Notes: generated by a model from the letters alone, not told the origin. A stretch of DNA of 64,000 bases from Nymphaea colorata (GCF_008831285.2 NC_045138.2:4774001-4838000); one strand, 5' to 3'; counted from the stretch's first letter, positions 12,726-25,802 are shown. Numbers and translations are program-made.

Positions 12726-13839
12726 AACTGGGTTGTCAAGAAACCCAGTTTTTCCTGTCATCCAAACAATCGGTGTCATCCAAACAGCACCTTCAAAAAA
12801 ATAGTTTTCACAAAAAACGTTTCTTTAAGGGGTGGATCCAAACAAGGCTTAATAGTTAAGATTTAAGTATAAAACAGAAAAATACAGACACCCGAGAGTT
12901 GTGATTCGCGACATCGCAAAATCAAAATAGAAGCTCAAGAGTACAAAATCTGTAGACGGCAGAAATCAACCTAAGAAATGATTTAAGTTAACAATCTAAC
13001 ATTGTGTGCCGATGAAAAAACCAACATAGACAAAACAAACGAACAAAAAAAATTAAAAAAAAAACATTCCACAATAACTACGGTGCACAATCAAACAATG
13101 AAAAGGACTGAAAAAAAGCAATAAAACATGCATTTGAGTAGGATAGAATTTGAACTAGAGAGAGCAACCGCCGGACAATGGAGAAAACTGCCGGCAGCTG
13201 GAGAAAAATAAACGGGGCCTGAGAAATGAGAATGCTTGTGCGATGTGTAAAACACTGCCAGTTATCGGAGACCAGTCGAATGTCTCCACCGGCCATCGGA
13301 AACACACTCGCCGGTTTTAGTCGTCAGAAAATTCTTCACCGCACTGGATGATTGAAAGGAAGCAACACACACGAAGGAGATGGAGAGGGGCACCGATCAT
13401 AAATGATCGTGCCTTAAACCCTTTCCTTTTAACTTAGAAATTTTAAAAATAAGAAAGATGAAAAGAACACCCGACTCCCATCAAACACTTGAGTGATGAG
13501 TCATATTCAAAACGGACGAAAAAGGTCGGTGCGGCTGCAGATGCTTGCCGACTGTTTGTGGGCGCACATCAAGGCTGCACCCTCACACTCCCGGCACTCA
13601 GACGGTAGGGTTTGTGTGACTTGGCCCTTGGCCGCCACACAAATTGCACCGGGTAGCTTCTCTCTCCACCAGCCCTCAACAATCTAAATTTCAATAAAGA
13701 GGTTATATGTGAATTATTCAATCTTAGTTTAGGCTATTATCTATGGAACATGTTACATGTTATGGCCCCCCATAAATTACATGTTGTGAGCTAAATATGA
13801 CCAAAATGGTACTCGTTAAATGAAAATCTCTTCTTCTAT

Positions 13840-14208
13840 GCATCCCCAAAACGAGTCGAGCTTGAACTGGACTCTAGTCATATATAGCTCCGCTTAAGCT
13901 TGACTGGAGCATCACTTACTACCGAGTTTGAACTCGAGCTCGACTCATTTAAGCTCGTGCCTCTTAATATATATTTTATGCTTAAAATTTCTATATTTTT
14001 ATTTAAACCATTTTAAGTTTCTACAATTACAAGAACAAGTATTGGTGCTAATGAGTTTAATTGAATCCAGTCATTCAACTCGAACTCGACTCCATTACAA
14101 ACTTGAGTTACCAATTAAGCTTAAAGCCTTAAACTCAACTCCTTTAATTTAATTGAGTAGAGTTTAATCGAGCAGGTTCCAGTCGAGACCCCTCGTTGAA
14201 CATTGTAG
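13840..14208. mobile_element. Degenerate copy of the CTCGAG/GACTCG-rich hAT MITE family
   Basis: Same cgagtcgagct/actcgagctcgactc subterminal repeats as 39118-39580; termini are eroded. Confidence 0.55.
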
Positions 14209-14399
14209 GCCAAAAGTGGAACCCAAAAACAAGTTCCCTTATAAAATTATGAAAATGAGCCTACAGAAAAGGTGTGAACTCCGGTCACCTCGGTTTCTGC
14301 GTTCCTGTTGATCACTTTGTGATGCGTGGCTACCTATGTCGTCTATCTTCGTTATTTCATTGGAAATGGCTGAAAGCTTGCTCCTTGGATGGGCAAAGC

Positions 14400-17010
14400 C
14401 ACACGTCTCTGTCGAGACGTTCATCCTCGATACTCTAAGCGGTAATCCTGCGGTATGAGCGTCCACCACGGCTTGCTAGAGGCTGCCCACCAAATATTAG
14501 ATGAAATGCCTAAAACGTTTGTTGTCCACTTGGAAACCATGATTTCAGATGTTGTTCAATTGCCAAAATGGGTAAAGCACGCATGTGGGTCGCAATATGT
14601 TGTATACGCACGTGGCTCGGAATGTTGTATAATTCCCAATTGGGTAATCTATGCAAGTGCCGCCTCCCCTTAATCTGTATTGGATGTTCCTTGTGCTGAT
14701 GACTTCCCGAAGCAAAATCTTGTCATGATTTAGCTTTCAAAGCAAATTCTCTGGCCGAAGCTTTCATGTAAATTTGTTTTTGTGAAGCAAATATTTTGAG
14801 CTTCGGTGCTACTGTGCTGTTTTGGGGTCTCTGTTTAAGACGCATATGTTTATGCCGGTGATAATCTGTGCCAGGTTTCCTGGTGTGGGAGTTGTCTAAT
14901 AGACATGTGCGCAGCAGCGCAAAGTATGTGGTGTCTAAAGTGCATGATATCTATTTGAAAAATGCTTGAGCGAGGTTGTGTTATGGGGCCGGACCCATGG
15001 TCATCTTATGGAAGAGCAATTATGATGTTGCAGTCGATCTGCGTTAAAGCTAATTCTGCATAAAAGATCGTCTTCTCGATTAGAACAGTGGAAGGGCAAT
15101 GTATTTGTGCTCAGTCTTGCAATGTGGAAGACTTCTTGCTTTGCATCTTTGAAAGAAGGATGCTGACCAGTGGTCCTCTGTTTGGAGAAGGCAGCTTCGA
15201 ATTACTGACCTGTATGGACGTGATGGCATGGGACAGCCTCGTTTGAGACTAGATGCTAGAGAAATAATTTTTAGAGAGGCCAAGCCAGCAGAAGATACAA
15301 CTGAATTGTTTAGGGAATGTTCTGTAATTGGCTTTTTTAAGGTTTGGAACTCTTACGATTGAAGCTTGCTGAATCCCTGTGCTCCTTCATTGTAGGCCAA
15401 TATAGGGATAAACTTTGCTTTTAGGTTGTTTTCCTTGCTGTTGATTGACTCATTCTTTTCGAATAAAAGGGAGGGGACCTATCAACCCTAGCAGCTTTGC
15501 ATTGGAGGTTGTGTTATGGAACAGTTTGCACAAATGCTGCGTTTAAGAAAATGCTGCTTGTTAAACAACGAATCCCCTTTTATCGGTGCAAGACAGGTTG
15601 TTATCTAGTGAAGCCACATTGTCAACTGCAGTAGTTACATGTGTGTGCTCATGTTTAGTAATAGAATTCTTTTACTGGTTCATGCTTTGGTGCAAAATTT
15701 CACGAGTAGTCATTGTACATGATTGCTCAATTTCAGTTGGATGATCCAGGAGCCCACTTTTATGCTCTCATTACCATCTCTTTTCTGATTTTTGCAGATG
15801 ATTTCACGCCTATTTGATTGGAAATGTTATCAGATTTACTGGATTTTTATGTCAATGCATCAGGAAATGCTAGACAGGATTTGCGGTGGCGTTGCCTCGC
15901 TCTCACCTCTTTGATTTATAGGTGTAAAGAAGCTGGGAACGTTGGTGATACTGATGCACTTGAAACTTTGTTTAAAATGCCCAAATAGAATATGGCGTCA
16001 CCGGCTGCTACTATTTGGTAGTGAACAGAGAATTGCTAGAAAATAAGCTGTATAGTTGTCTGTGGTGTTGAAAGCAAAACATGTTATTCAACGGTTTGCA
16101 GTATTTCCAATTATTTTGCTGGCCTGAAATATAGTTCACGTAATGAACTGTAGGTATAAAACTGAAAACTTTGTGTGGTTGATGGAGGGCCACATATGGA
16201 TCAGTCAAAAATGCCTTTCTGATATTTGAGAAAGAGGAGATTGAGTCCTGTGAGATGTATTGTAGGACATACTTGACTGGACCCTCGTTTATGGTTTTGG
16301 ACTTTGGAGAAATGGTAGTAAGACATCAAGCTTTTAAAAGTATTTGATAGTTCTGTCCTAGTACTCTGAATATGGTCTGAAGTCAGGTTGCCACAGAGGA
16401 GGATGACCTCCGAATCGTGAATGGAGCAGAAACAGATCTTGTCCTAATTTACTGCTTGAAGTCCTCTGTGGATGTAGTTGAAGGCAATAAAGGAAATTTG
16501 GAGGACTATACTTGGTCATTGTTGGAGTTCTGGACAGCATAATATAGATTGCAGTTCTATGCGAACACTTCATTGGTTATCAAAGTTTGAACATGTCTGC
16601 AAGCAACAAAGCATGGATTAATTCCACATAAGAATCATTGGGCATGTATGGCTGTTGATCTTCATTAAACTGGTCATTTATGTGCATTGCAGAAGCTTAC
16701 CAACGTAAGCATAATTCTTTCGGATGCAATAATGCCTTCCCTGCTTAGTGCCTGCAAATTCATGGCAATCATGAGATAGGAAGCATGTGGCATCAATGCT
16801 TTACTCAACATTAGGAACTCTTGCTACCAGGGGTTTTCTTGGATATGTCTCCAGAGCTTCAAAATTGTGCAAAGTTTTTAGAAGCAAGGAGTTTGAAAGG
16901 ACAGTTCAGCTGGCATTCATCTGGCTTTACGTTGGAAGCTAAGTGCGTGCAGTCATGGAAAATATTTTATCCGGTCTTAAGTGGAAGTGGATATGCATAT
17001 CCTTAAAAGT
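14400..17010 (+). pseudogene. Highly decayed PLS-E class PPR pseudogene
   Basis: PPR-like fragments occur in the correct order but in shifting frames with many stops: HGLLEAAHQILDEMPK..VV...TMIS (~14465), SCLIDM (~14890), DLLDFYV (~15835), YGSVKNAFLIFE (~16195), KHGLIPHKNHWACMAVDL (~16610), LLSACK/HGNHEIG (~16740), and an E-like tail ...FSW (~16905). Boundaries are approximate. Confidence 0.7.
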
Positions 17011-18710
17011 TCTTGAAAAACAAAGAACCTGTATTGGATGGACTCTTCAATGTTCTTGAAACACGTAATTAGTTCTGGATGATTTTGGACGCTTGTTAGT
17101 TTGGATAGTTGAGGTGAAGGTGTCATGTAACTGCTGCAATGTTTACTTAATGATTAGTTCCCAAATTTTTTCTGATGTCTGGCTTGCTTTCTATTGTATT
17201 TTAAAAGTTTCACCATGAAAGGTTTACCTGCAAGTTTGCCATTTCCATTCTGAAGGCATTCTTCATAAGCCCCATTTTGCTATAAGCTAAAAATGGGAGG
17301 CGAATCTAGAACCTCATGCATTAACTTAAATTCTCCAAAATAAAGTAGAAAAACATTTGATTTTCATAAGCGCATTTCTAGCACTCGTGTTTATTTTATC
17401 TTTTGGTTCGTTAAATAGGTTAATGATTTAATACTTTCCCCTTCTGTAGACATCATGGTTCTGCAATTTTGTGACCATAATGAATCTTACAGAAGATATC
17501 ATCTACATGAAAAAATGACAGACACTTGGATATGTAGAACAATTACATAGAAACTCAGATTCAAAGTTCAAAGATACAAAAATAGTCAGCTTCCAGCTTC
17601 TGACAAAGTGTGCTTCCAAGAATATGCAAAAGTTTTTGTTAACCATGGTGCGGTTCATGTCCAGTCCAATATATTGAATAGAGAATATTACTTTAGGTTA
17701 GTGCTATGCCTTTTATGTTTTTATCTTTTGGACTGATAATAAACTTTGAGAGCCATTTACCTGCATCACATCTATCTGGAGGTCATGCTGTAGAAGTCCA
17801 GATTATTTTATGGGCACAGGTATCTTTAGACAGGCGAAGAACTATATAGCAGTTATCAGACGATGGATCAATTTAATTTATATAAAATGTATAACAGAGA
17901 TGCATCCATATAGATAGTGAGAACGCATGTCAGACTGGGTAAGGCACTGAACTTCTCCTTACACGACCTTCCAAGAGGGTACATGTGATGTTTCCAGAAG
18001 GTACATATGTATATATACACTTCAAAAGCACAATGTGCACGGTTGGAATAATACATCGAAGAAATCTAGTACATTTTGGCTGAATATAATATCTATTCTG
18101 GCAGAGGGTTATACAAGGGGTATCAAGTTTGAATATCTTATTGAGTCTTTTCTCCCCTATGGCAACAAGAACATAGAAGGAAAATAAATGCTGGCGGCCA
18201 GCTAAGTTTATTGATTTTCTCTTCATAATTTTCCATTTGTCCCTTCGAATTTCATAGGTTCAAGTTATTTTAATTATGTCAAGGATGTGAATTTCCAACA
18301 TTCCATATCTCAAGGATCTTTCAGTTTCCTATATAAGTGAAGGTTTAGCCCTAAATTCTTGTCACAGTTGGTCATGTGAGACTGAGGAATTCCAGTACAT
18401 GTCAACTTCGGCATACTCGGTGTGTTTGGTCGGCTAGCAAAATATGTCTTCTGATGATCTCTAGATTTTTCTGCAGAGCATGATTTACGATGCTTAAGCA
18501 AATGATTACACATCCAAGGAAATGAGGCTCTGTAACTAGGAATCATGGTGAGTGGTTAGAGTAAATGCTATAAACAGCACAATTTTTTTATCAAAATGAT
18601 ATAAGAAAAGCAGAGTAGCTTACATATTCCAAACATACACAAGTTAGGTGGAATTTCGTCATTTGTGACTTGCTTTATTACATTTTCTGATGGTTTCAAG
18701 GAAGAACAAG

Positions 18711-20585
18711 TCAGACTAAAAGCTGCTTTAGGCTGCCATGAGAGCACCTGCATCTGAGGATGATGTAGGAAAAGAATCTGTAGGCTACTATGAAGCAGAT
18801 CATGTACATCACGCTCCTCCATCTGTCTGCCTCTCCAAGGCCTTGCCCTTTAAGCACATCCTCACCAGTCATCAAGCATCTACCAAACTTGTAACCCAGG
18901 CATCCCTTCCAAGACGAAAATTCATTTACCATGAATGCTTCAAATGGATACTTGAACAGAGAAATGTAATGCATGAAGATCCAGTATCTTGGTATTTGAT
19001 CCTTCGATATAAAGTATCCAGAAAACAGAAAAAATGATCCCATGACACCTGCAATCACTGAATTCCCAATGATGAAATTTGAAGCCAAAGCACTGAAGCA
19101 CGCAACAACAGAATTTGCGGTATACAAAACTAGCCAGATTATCAAAACAAAGTAGAGGAAAGCTGAGAAGCTCCTAGTCAGACCCACAAGCCAATATAGT
19201 GGAATGGAGAACAGCAATGCCAAGATGAGCAGAAATGGCAGAAAAACTAATCCATTTGCAATTACGTACGATGATATCCTGTAGCTACCGGATGAAATCT
19301 CTTTCATTAGGATCTCTCTTTCCTGCAAGAAGATTGGTAGAGCTTCTGTTGTGCAGGATAGCAGGAAAGTTAAAATGAAAGCAAACAGGCCTATTCTTTC
19401 TTGCTGACCGGTTATGCTTCGGTTGAGATCATGAAAGATGGTCCCCAGAACCAAACCGGCTATTAACATTTGCAAAGTCCGCACGGCAAAAAGCTCCTTT
19501 GTTCTAAATGTGCTTTTGGCGAATCGCTCCATAAGGATAATAATCTCCTTGATCCTCGAATTGGCACATATCCATTCAGAACTAAATCCTCCACCCTCAT
19601 CAAAGCTTCCCTCGACTGCTTTGTTCAGTCGGAACAGCTGCTGTAGCGTCCCTTTATTCCTAGCTTCTTCATATTGGTATTGAGGAAGTTGTTTGCGAAT
19701 ATCATCAACTGCATCAATTGCAAATTCAATTATGTTTACATGCATAGGAATCTCCAAACCTGCTGATACCAAATGATTTTGGAGCTGCTGTGTGGTGCCA
19801 TGATGGAGCACTGACCCATTGGCCAATAGCAGGACAGAATTGAAAAGCTTTATGATCTTGAATCCTGGTTGGTGAATGCTTAGAATTACTGTCCTGCCAT
19901 GAATCTCGGCCATGAGCTTAAGCATATCAATGATCTGCAGAGCTGATGTGCTGTCCAAGCCAGATGTGGGCTCGTCCAGCAAAAGCACTGCAGGATCATG
20001 GATGACATCAACACCTATCGAGACACGTCTTCTTTCTCCACCGGAGATGCCTCTGATCTTCTCATTGCCAATTCGTGAATGTGCAATGTGTTCCAAGCCG
20101 AGTTCCTTAATCAGAGATTCAACTTTATCAACCCGTTCCGAGTAGGGGAGCTTCAGTTTGAGCCTAGCACTGAACAAGAGTGTTTCTTCAACTGTTAGGA
20201 GTGGAAACAAAGTGTCTTTCTGTGTCACATACCCAGAAATCTTCTTGAACAGGATCCTGTCAATTGGTTTCTGGTTGACTAATATGTTTGATGTTTGTGG
20301 AATGATCCGTCCTGCTAAGATCTCAAGGAGACTGGATTTTCCGGCGCCGCTAGGCCCAACAATGGCAAGTATCTCCCATGGCCTTGCTCTGCAGCTCACA
20401 TTCTTCAGAACATGTTTAGCCCTCTTAACCATCCCAACTTTTTGTTCCTCATCTACTGGATTTGGTGAGCTGAGCTCCTCTTCTCTGCTCCATATCCTGA
20501 AAGGGTGGCTTGTTTTCTCCACATCTACCTTGTAGTTGATACATTTGGCTTCTATTTCACAGCCCTTCTTCATCACGGATTCCAT
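18711..20585 (-). CDS. ABCG5: ABC transporter G family half-transporter (WBC), ABCG5-like, 624 aa, intronless
   Basis: NBD-TMD order with Walker A GPSGAGKS, signature ISGGERRRVSIG, Walker B LLLDEPTSGLD, H-loop SIHQP and an ABC2 membrane domain. The N-terminus GCEIEA and HVLKNVSCRARPWEILAIVG match the recalled AtABCG5 sequence. Confidence 0.95.
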   Translation of the reverse strand: MESVMKKGCEIEAKCINYKVDVEKTSHPFRIWSREEELSSPNPVDEEQKVGMVKRAKHVLKNVSCRARPWEILAIVGPSGAGKSSLLEILAGRIIPQTSNILVNQKPIDRILFKKISGYVTQKDTLFPLLTVEETLLFSARLKLKLPYSERVDKVESLIKELGLEHIAHSRIGNEKIRGISGGERRRVSIGVDVIHDPAVLLLDEPTSGLDSTSALQIIDMLKLMAEIHGRTVILSIHQPGFKIIKLFNSVLLLANGSVLHHGTTQQLQNHLVSAGLEIPMHVNIIEFAIDAVDDIRKQLPQYQYEEARNKGTLQQLFRLNKAVEGSFDEGGGFSSEWICANSRIKEIIILMERFAKSTFRTKELFAVRTLQMLIAGLVLGTIFHDLNRSITGQQERIGLFAFILTFLLSCTTEALPIFLQEREILMKEISSGSYRISSYVIANGLVFLPFLLILALLFSIPLYWLVGLTRSFSAFLYFVLIIWLVLYTANSVVACFSALASNFIIGNSVIAGVMGSFFLFSGYFISKDQIPRYWIFMHYISLFKYPFEAFMVNEFSSWKGCLGYKFGRCLMTGEDVLKGQGLGEADRWRSVMYMICFIVAYRFFSYIILRCRCSHGSLKQLLV

Positions 20586-20640
20586 CTCTAGTGATCTCTG
20601 CTATGAATCTGCTTCTACTCTCACACGGACTGTATAAATG

Positions 20641-20647
20641 ATTTATA
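20641..20647 (-). promoter_or_regulatory. Putative TATA box of the ABCG gene
   Basis: CTATAAAT on the minus strand, ~56 nt upstream of the ATG at 20585. Confidence 0.5.
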
Positions 20648-22980
20648 GAGGCAGACTGCTGAAATTATTAAAAGAAATCCTTGTTTCTTACTCACTCTTT
20701 TGAACTTCTCCAAAACTAATATACGTTGGCTTGAGGCCCACTTTAAGAAAATGACTAAATGCCCCTTTGTAAGCAAGTGGTATTCTCCTCCAATTCTAGA
20801 AAGCTTGTCTTATGTCTTGATATTGCATTTCTTTTTTTGCCTATTAACATTGTACTTGGAATTTTAGCTTGCTTACTGATCCAGTGATCCCAATTACCTG
20901 ATTCAGTCGTTCTATCTTTCATAAGCAACCAACCTGTTGGCCGCTGGCTATTAAATGTTGGACTATTGTATAAAATATTGCATCTACATCTCTTTTCAGT
21001 TGGATAGGCACCCGCATTCTGAATCACAGGCTTCTCTGGAAAGTTCTGACTGCCAATTGATTTTAGCTTATTGCTGTAGCCGTGCTTTTCTATCGGAAAA
21101 GAAATAGGAATGTCCACAAAGTTCTGTTCATAGTAGCCACTCATATCGAAATCAGGATCCACGAGCTATGGTTAGAAATTTGGATTGAAGCCCTTCCAAA
21201 TGTGGATGAAGGTTTAAGGAGAAATATTAACCTGTTCGAGCTCTGTTTTGAAGTTTAAACTATTGGAGCTTTACTGTCTCAGTTTAAACCATTTGAACTT
21301 TACTGTCTTGGTTACATTCTGGTTCACTTCTCAGTTAGTCCAGCCCCTCAGAGAGACAGAGGAAGAGAGAGAGTGGTTGGTAATTTCACATGCAGTGTAT
21401 CAGACATTTCACATGTATGCTTGCATTATTTCCCACGAACGCGACAACAGAAGGCCATCTTCTCGAAGCACTAAACTACAAATACTCGAGTTGAAGGGGA
21501 AGGGCTACAACTTTCAAGAATTCATAACACGCAGGGCATTTCAGTCATTGACATTTTATGCAATATCCATTACACTCTAGCCCACTCCATGGTTCTCTTC
21601 TTGTCTCGAGGCACCCTCTGTCGACAATGAGATATTGTTGGTAGGAATTTTCTTCTTTCACATGGGCACCTTGGTCATCCCCTGAGAAGCATCTAGAATG
21701 TGCCATGTGGAAAGAAGCCGGTGGCACGTCAGACGAAAAGTTGGTAGCTTGTGGTCAGGATTGCTCAAAAAGATTCTGGCAGCTATCCCAAGAAGCCTGT
21801 GGTTAAAATTTGAACTTGGGGTGCCAAATGCCCCATATTGGTTGATCATATTACTGTATTGCAACTCCCCACCTTGATTTTTTTATGCAGCTTCTGACTC
21901 CCTGAACTTCTTCTTCATGTGTTCAGGGCACAACTCTGTGATTCACTGTTCTGTTGTTAGATTTTTTTTTATGATATCAAACAAAATACTGAAGGGAACA
22001 GTACTGAAACAACAATTGGTTGCAGGAGGAAGAAACAGTCAACTCATTGAGCCAATCGTATTGTTGCATGGAAATATCACTGTTGAATCCGTGGTTCAAT
22101 GTGCTAGCTAGATGTAAGGTCTCACTCTTATACAAAACCTGGAGATCTTTAGGTTTGCATTACAAATTGTTTTATCTCAAAGAAAAAGAAGTTGTATCTG
22201 GTCGATTGATTCGAGCAGCTGGACTGCAATGCTGGTTTATGTATTGGATCATGTTTTGTATCACACAAGGCATAAGTATCAGGGAACAGAAAAACTTGAT
22301 CGAGCTACCACCAATCAAGTTGAAGAAGAATTTAGGAGTTTTAAGGAATGCCGCATGCCAAGTGATCAATCATTCTTGGTGATTTTGATCGAAAAATCAG
22401 TTCAAACTTCGAACTGCAGAAAAGGAAGCTTAGTGCAGTATCAACTCAGCATTGGATAGACACGTATGGCCTTTTTTTTATCATTTAGCATCAATGGTAT
22501 TGGATGAATGATGGTATAATATCATCTGGATTAACAAATAGAATCTTCTTTTTAGTTAAGCTGATCCATTTTACTTTCTGAGAATGAAGAAACTGTGGAT
22601 GTTCGAGTGGTCTACCATCGATGGAGCATTCCTTGATCAGTTTCTATTGTGGGGATGGCATGGCAGAACTGTTATCCTGCTCCAGGAGGAGGATGTCATC
22701 GGGATTTCGCAGTGGGCCCGTCTGACGTGGAGGACTTAGTGGTGTAGGAATGTGAAGTGGCAGGTACTGAGCTGAGGTGGCAGCGATTGCTTTGTGGTTA
22801 GTACAAGAGGCAAATGGCCCGTGGGGACCACACCCCACTACTTTGCTTTGTTTCTGGGAAACCCGTGACCCTCTACGAGAGCCCGTGACTCTTTCCTCTC
22901 TCCCTCTCTTTTTTAAAGGATGGTATGGTCTGGAGCCCGTGAACGGTTTCATGCATGCATATAAATTATAAAAGTGAACT

Positions 22981-22982
<2 letters not shown>

Positions 22983-23066
<84 letters not shown>
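22983..23066. repeat. Compound microsatellite (CT)n(AT)n
   Basis: Directly visible. Confidence 0.95.
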
Positions 23067-23069
<3 letters not shown>

Positions 23070-23214
23070 TTAAAAAATCTCTCCCTATCGATGTTGATTG
23101 GACACTTTGGAATGTGAAATCACAGGTATCCTCCAGCTATAGAGAGGGAGAGACAGTACGTGGTGGAGAGGGAGAGAGACTGAGAGACTAGACGGTGGAG
23201 AAAGAGAGAGAGTT

Positions 23215-23497
23215 CACGGTGGTTTTGAACCATAGATCATTTACGTAGCTAACCCTTTGCCCTGTTTTGAGAGAGAGAGAGAGTAATGGTGGTTTTGGTG
23301 CACGAACCATTCTGAACCGTGAATCGCATATGAGAGAGAGTACATGGTGATTTTGGACCATGAATAGGTAGGTAGAGCCTACTCATTTCCCTGCGCAATG
23401 GTGGTTTTGGACCATGAATTATATAACAGAGAGAGTGTACATGGTGGTTTTTAACCATGAATGATATGTATAGCCTACTCTTTTCCTTGCTTTTCAC

Positions 23498-23549
<52 letters not shown>

Positions 23550-23592
23550 CATGGCTGTTTCTGAGCCATGAAAGATATGTGCGGCCTACCCA
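23215..23592. repeat. Degenerate array of ~22-bp CATGGTGGTTTTGGACCATGAA units interleaved with (GA)n tracts
   Basis: About six copies at ~23216, 23286, 23344, 23398, 23440 and 23550. Confidence 0.7.
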
Positions 23593-25285
23593 TTTTCTCT
23601 TTGTTCATATTGTAACTATTTATTTACTCAAAGGCTGCCTCATACTTCTCATCCATTAAGAACATAACTCCCCTTCTCGACTTCTCTGCAGGAAAACAGA
23701 TAGAAATGAAAACAATGCAGATTCCAATAAACTATCTTAGCTCAAATTCCAAAAGAAAAAAAAAAATTCTTAAACAAGTGCTTTTAACATGTAAACAGCT
23801 GCCAGAATGATACAGCAAAAGAATTCGGGGGGCAGTAGCACTCCCTTTTCTCTCACGTTTAAAGGTTTAGCATATTCTTCTCAGTTTCACCTCTGCATGC
23901 AAGGGCAGGGAAAAGAGGAGCCCCATATGTCCTTTTCAAGTGTCCTCCATTGATCGAATGCAGAATAAGAAGAGCAAGCGGTTGAGGCCTCCGCTGCCTC
24001 TCCAACAGCCCTCAACATCATTGAATGAAATTTGGCTTGGTAGGAAGATGTCCAGGGCACAGTACAGGCCGTCGTATTCAACCTAACCCCATTGGATGAT
24101 AGGCTGCATCGTTATCATATAATAATTAGCTCAACTTTTGTGTGTTGTCGATCATTGCATGATTGTTAGTAGAAAGCACCATGTTGTGACTACCAACTCG
24201 AAAGTTTAATTTACATGAATTGTGTAGGTAGCGTTTCATTCGGGTCTTAAGAAAGAACCATGATTCACAATGCACCAAAACTTCATAATTTTGGAAGTAT
24301 TATCTTCCTGAATTCATGCCAAAAACAAAAAAAATGCAAGAGATTTACGTACAGTGCCCAACAAATTATAGTGTTACTAGAAGTTATATTTCATCAACCA
24401 ATGCCTAGATAGAAAGAAGAGGGGGTGGGGCGGTAGGGGTGGCAAGAGAGAATTTCTTATGATATTGCTGGTATAATTCTAGTTTCTTGATAAAGTAATT
24501 TGTTTCAACCTCTAAAGGTGTGTTTGGATGATACCCTTAAACACTGCTTTTAAAGGTAAAATATTGTTTTGACATGTTGGAGGTCTAAAACTGGGTTTTG
24601 AAGAAACTCAATTTTGGATGTAAAACATCGTGTTAGTCTCGTTACCCAATATGTAAATCAAGTTTTTAAAACTAATTAAATGATGCAGGTAAGTGGTCAG
24701 TTCATGTTTCAAATTCTCATGACATTAACTGGTGAGGGCCACTGTTGTACTTAAAACGGGGTGAGGGAGCACCCAATACCCCAAAATATGAGTTTTATCT
24801 TATGGAGGCAAAAGGTTGGGTGGGGGCTTTGGGTCTATTCTTGAAGCAATATTTTACTTTTCACCCAAGAAAATTATTTAATTGACATTTTTTAAAGTGA
24901 ACTAAAATTTGTATAATTTTTTATTTTTAAAATTATATATATGTGTGTGTGTGTGAAAAATTGGTAAAAACTAACCACTTATGTCAACAATAAAAACCAA
25001 ACCCAATGATTTTTTTGTTAAAAAACTATTTTAAATAAAATATAAACATCTTAATAATTAATATATTTATAAAAAGTGTTTGATATAGAACATGCTTTTA
25101 TTCTAATTGTTTTAATGAAAATGGTTTTTTTTTTATTATCATGTCATGGGGCCATTCATTTTTCCTTATTAAAAAAACACCATTAAAGCACATCAACTCA
25201 TTTTACATCATATCAATAAGGTTGGATTGTAAAGAAAACATCTTAAATTTCAAAATCATCCTTGACTTAATTATCTGACTTTTAC

Positions 25286-25331
<46 letters not shown>

Positions 25332-25763
25332 AAAAAGTGAAAAGCATATACATAATGTCTCTCAACATAAATATTATCTTTTATTAGAAAATAAACACAT
25401 ATACTTTAAACATGGTGAGGCTCAGCAGTTGATAGAATTAGAATTAGCTCAGATATCCAAAATGAGAATAGGTCTGGCGAGTTCATAGGCTAGCCAGGTA
25501 GCTAGCAGATCTACGTGTGGCCACAAATCCTAGGCGGAATATCCTGGCCCCAGACTTTTTTCTTTTTTTGCTTGTTTTTTCGTTTAGAAATCGAAGAACT
25601 CCAGGATTCGACATTAAAAATTTGTGTCCCCCCGTGAACACCGTCTCTGAAATTTGATAATTCAAATCGGGCTGAAATCAGATTTGCTCTTTCCCCCTTT
25701 CTAATTTCCAAAGGCATCAGTTCCCCATCATTTCAGATATATAATCCTTCTCACGTTTTACAT

Positions 25764-25802
<39 letters not shown>

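Noticed and set aside
18738..20535. Plus-strand ORFs overlapping the ABCG gene; also the minus-strand ORFs inside the PPR and HDA14 exons
   Set aside because: Antisense shadows of real CDSs.
20755..21162. 135-codon minus-strand ORF upstream of the ABCG gene
   Set aside because: Non-ATG start, no recognisable domain, lies in the promoter region.
21178..21192. TTTGGATTGAAG resembling the 5' end of miR159
   Set aside because: Diverges after 12 nt; no precursor fold-back.
23215..23592. CRISPR-like repeat-spacer appearance
   Set aside because: Plant nuclear context, degenerate repeats, irregular and mutually related spacers, no cas genes.
23887..24095. Possible LINE RNase H-like remnant (VRLNT-DG-like) on the minus strand
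   Set aside because: A single weak motif that needs a frameshift; insufficient support.
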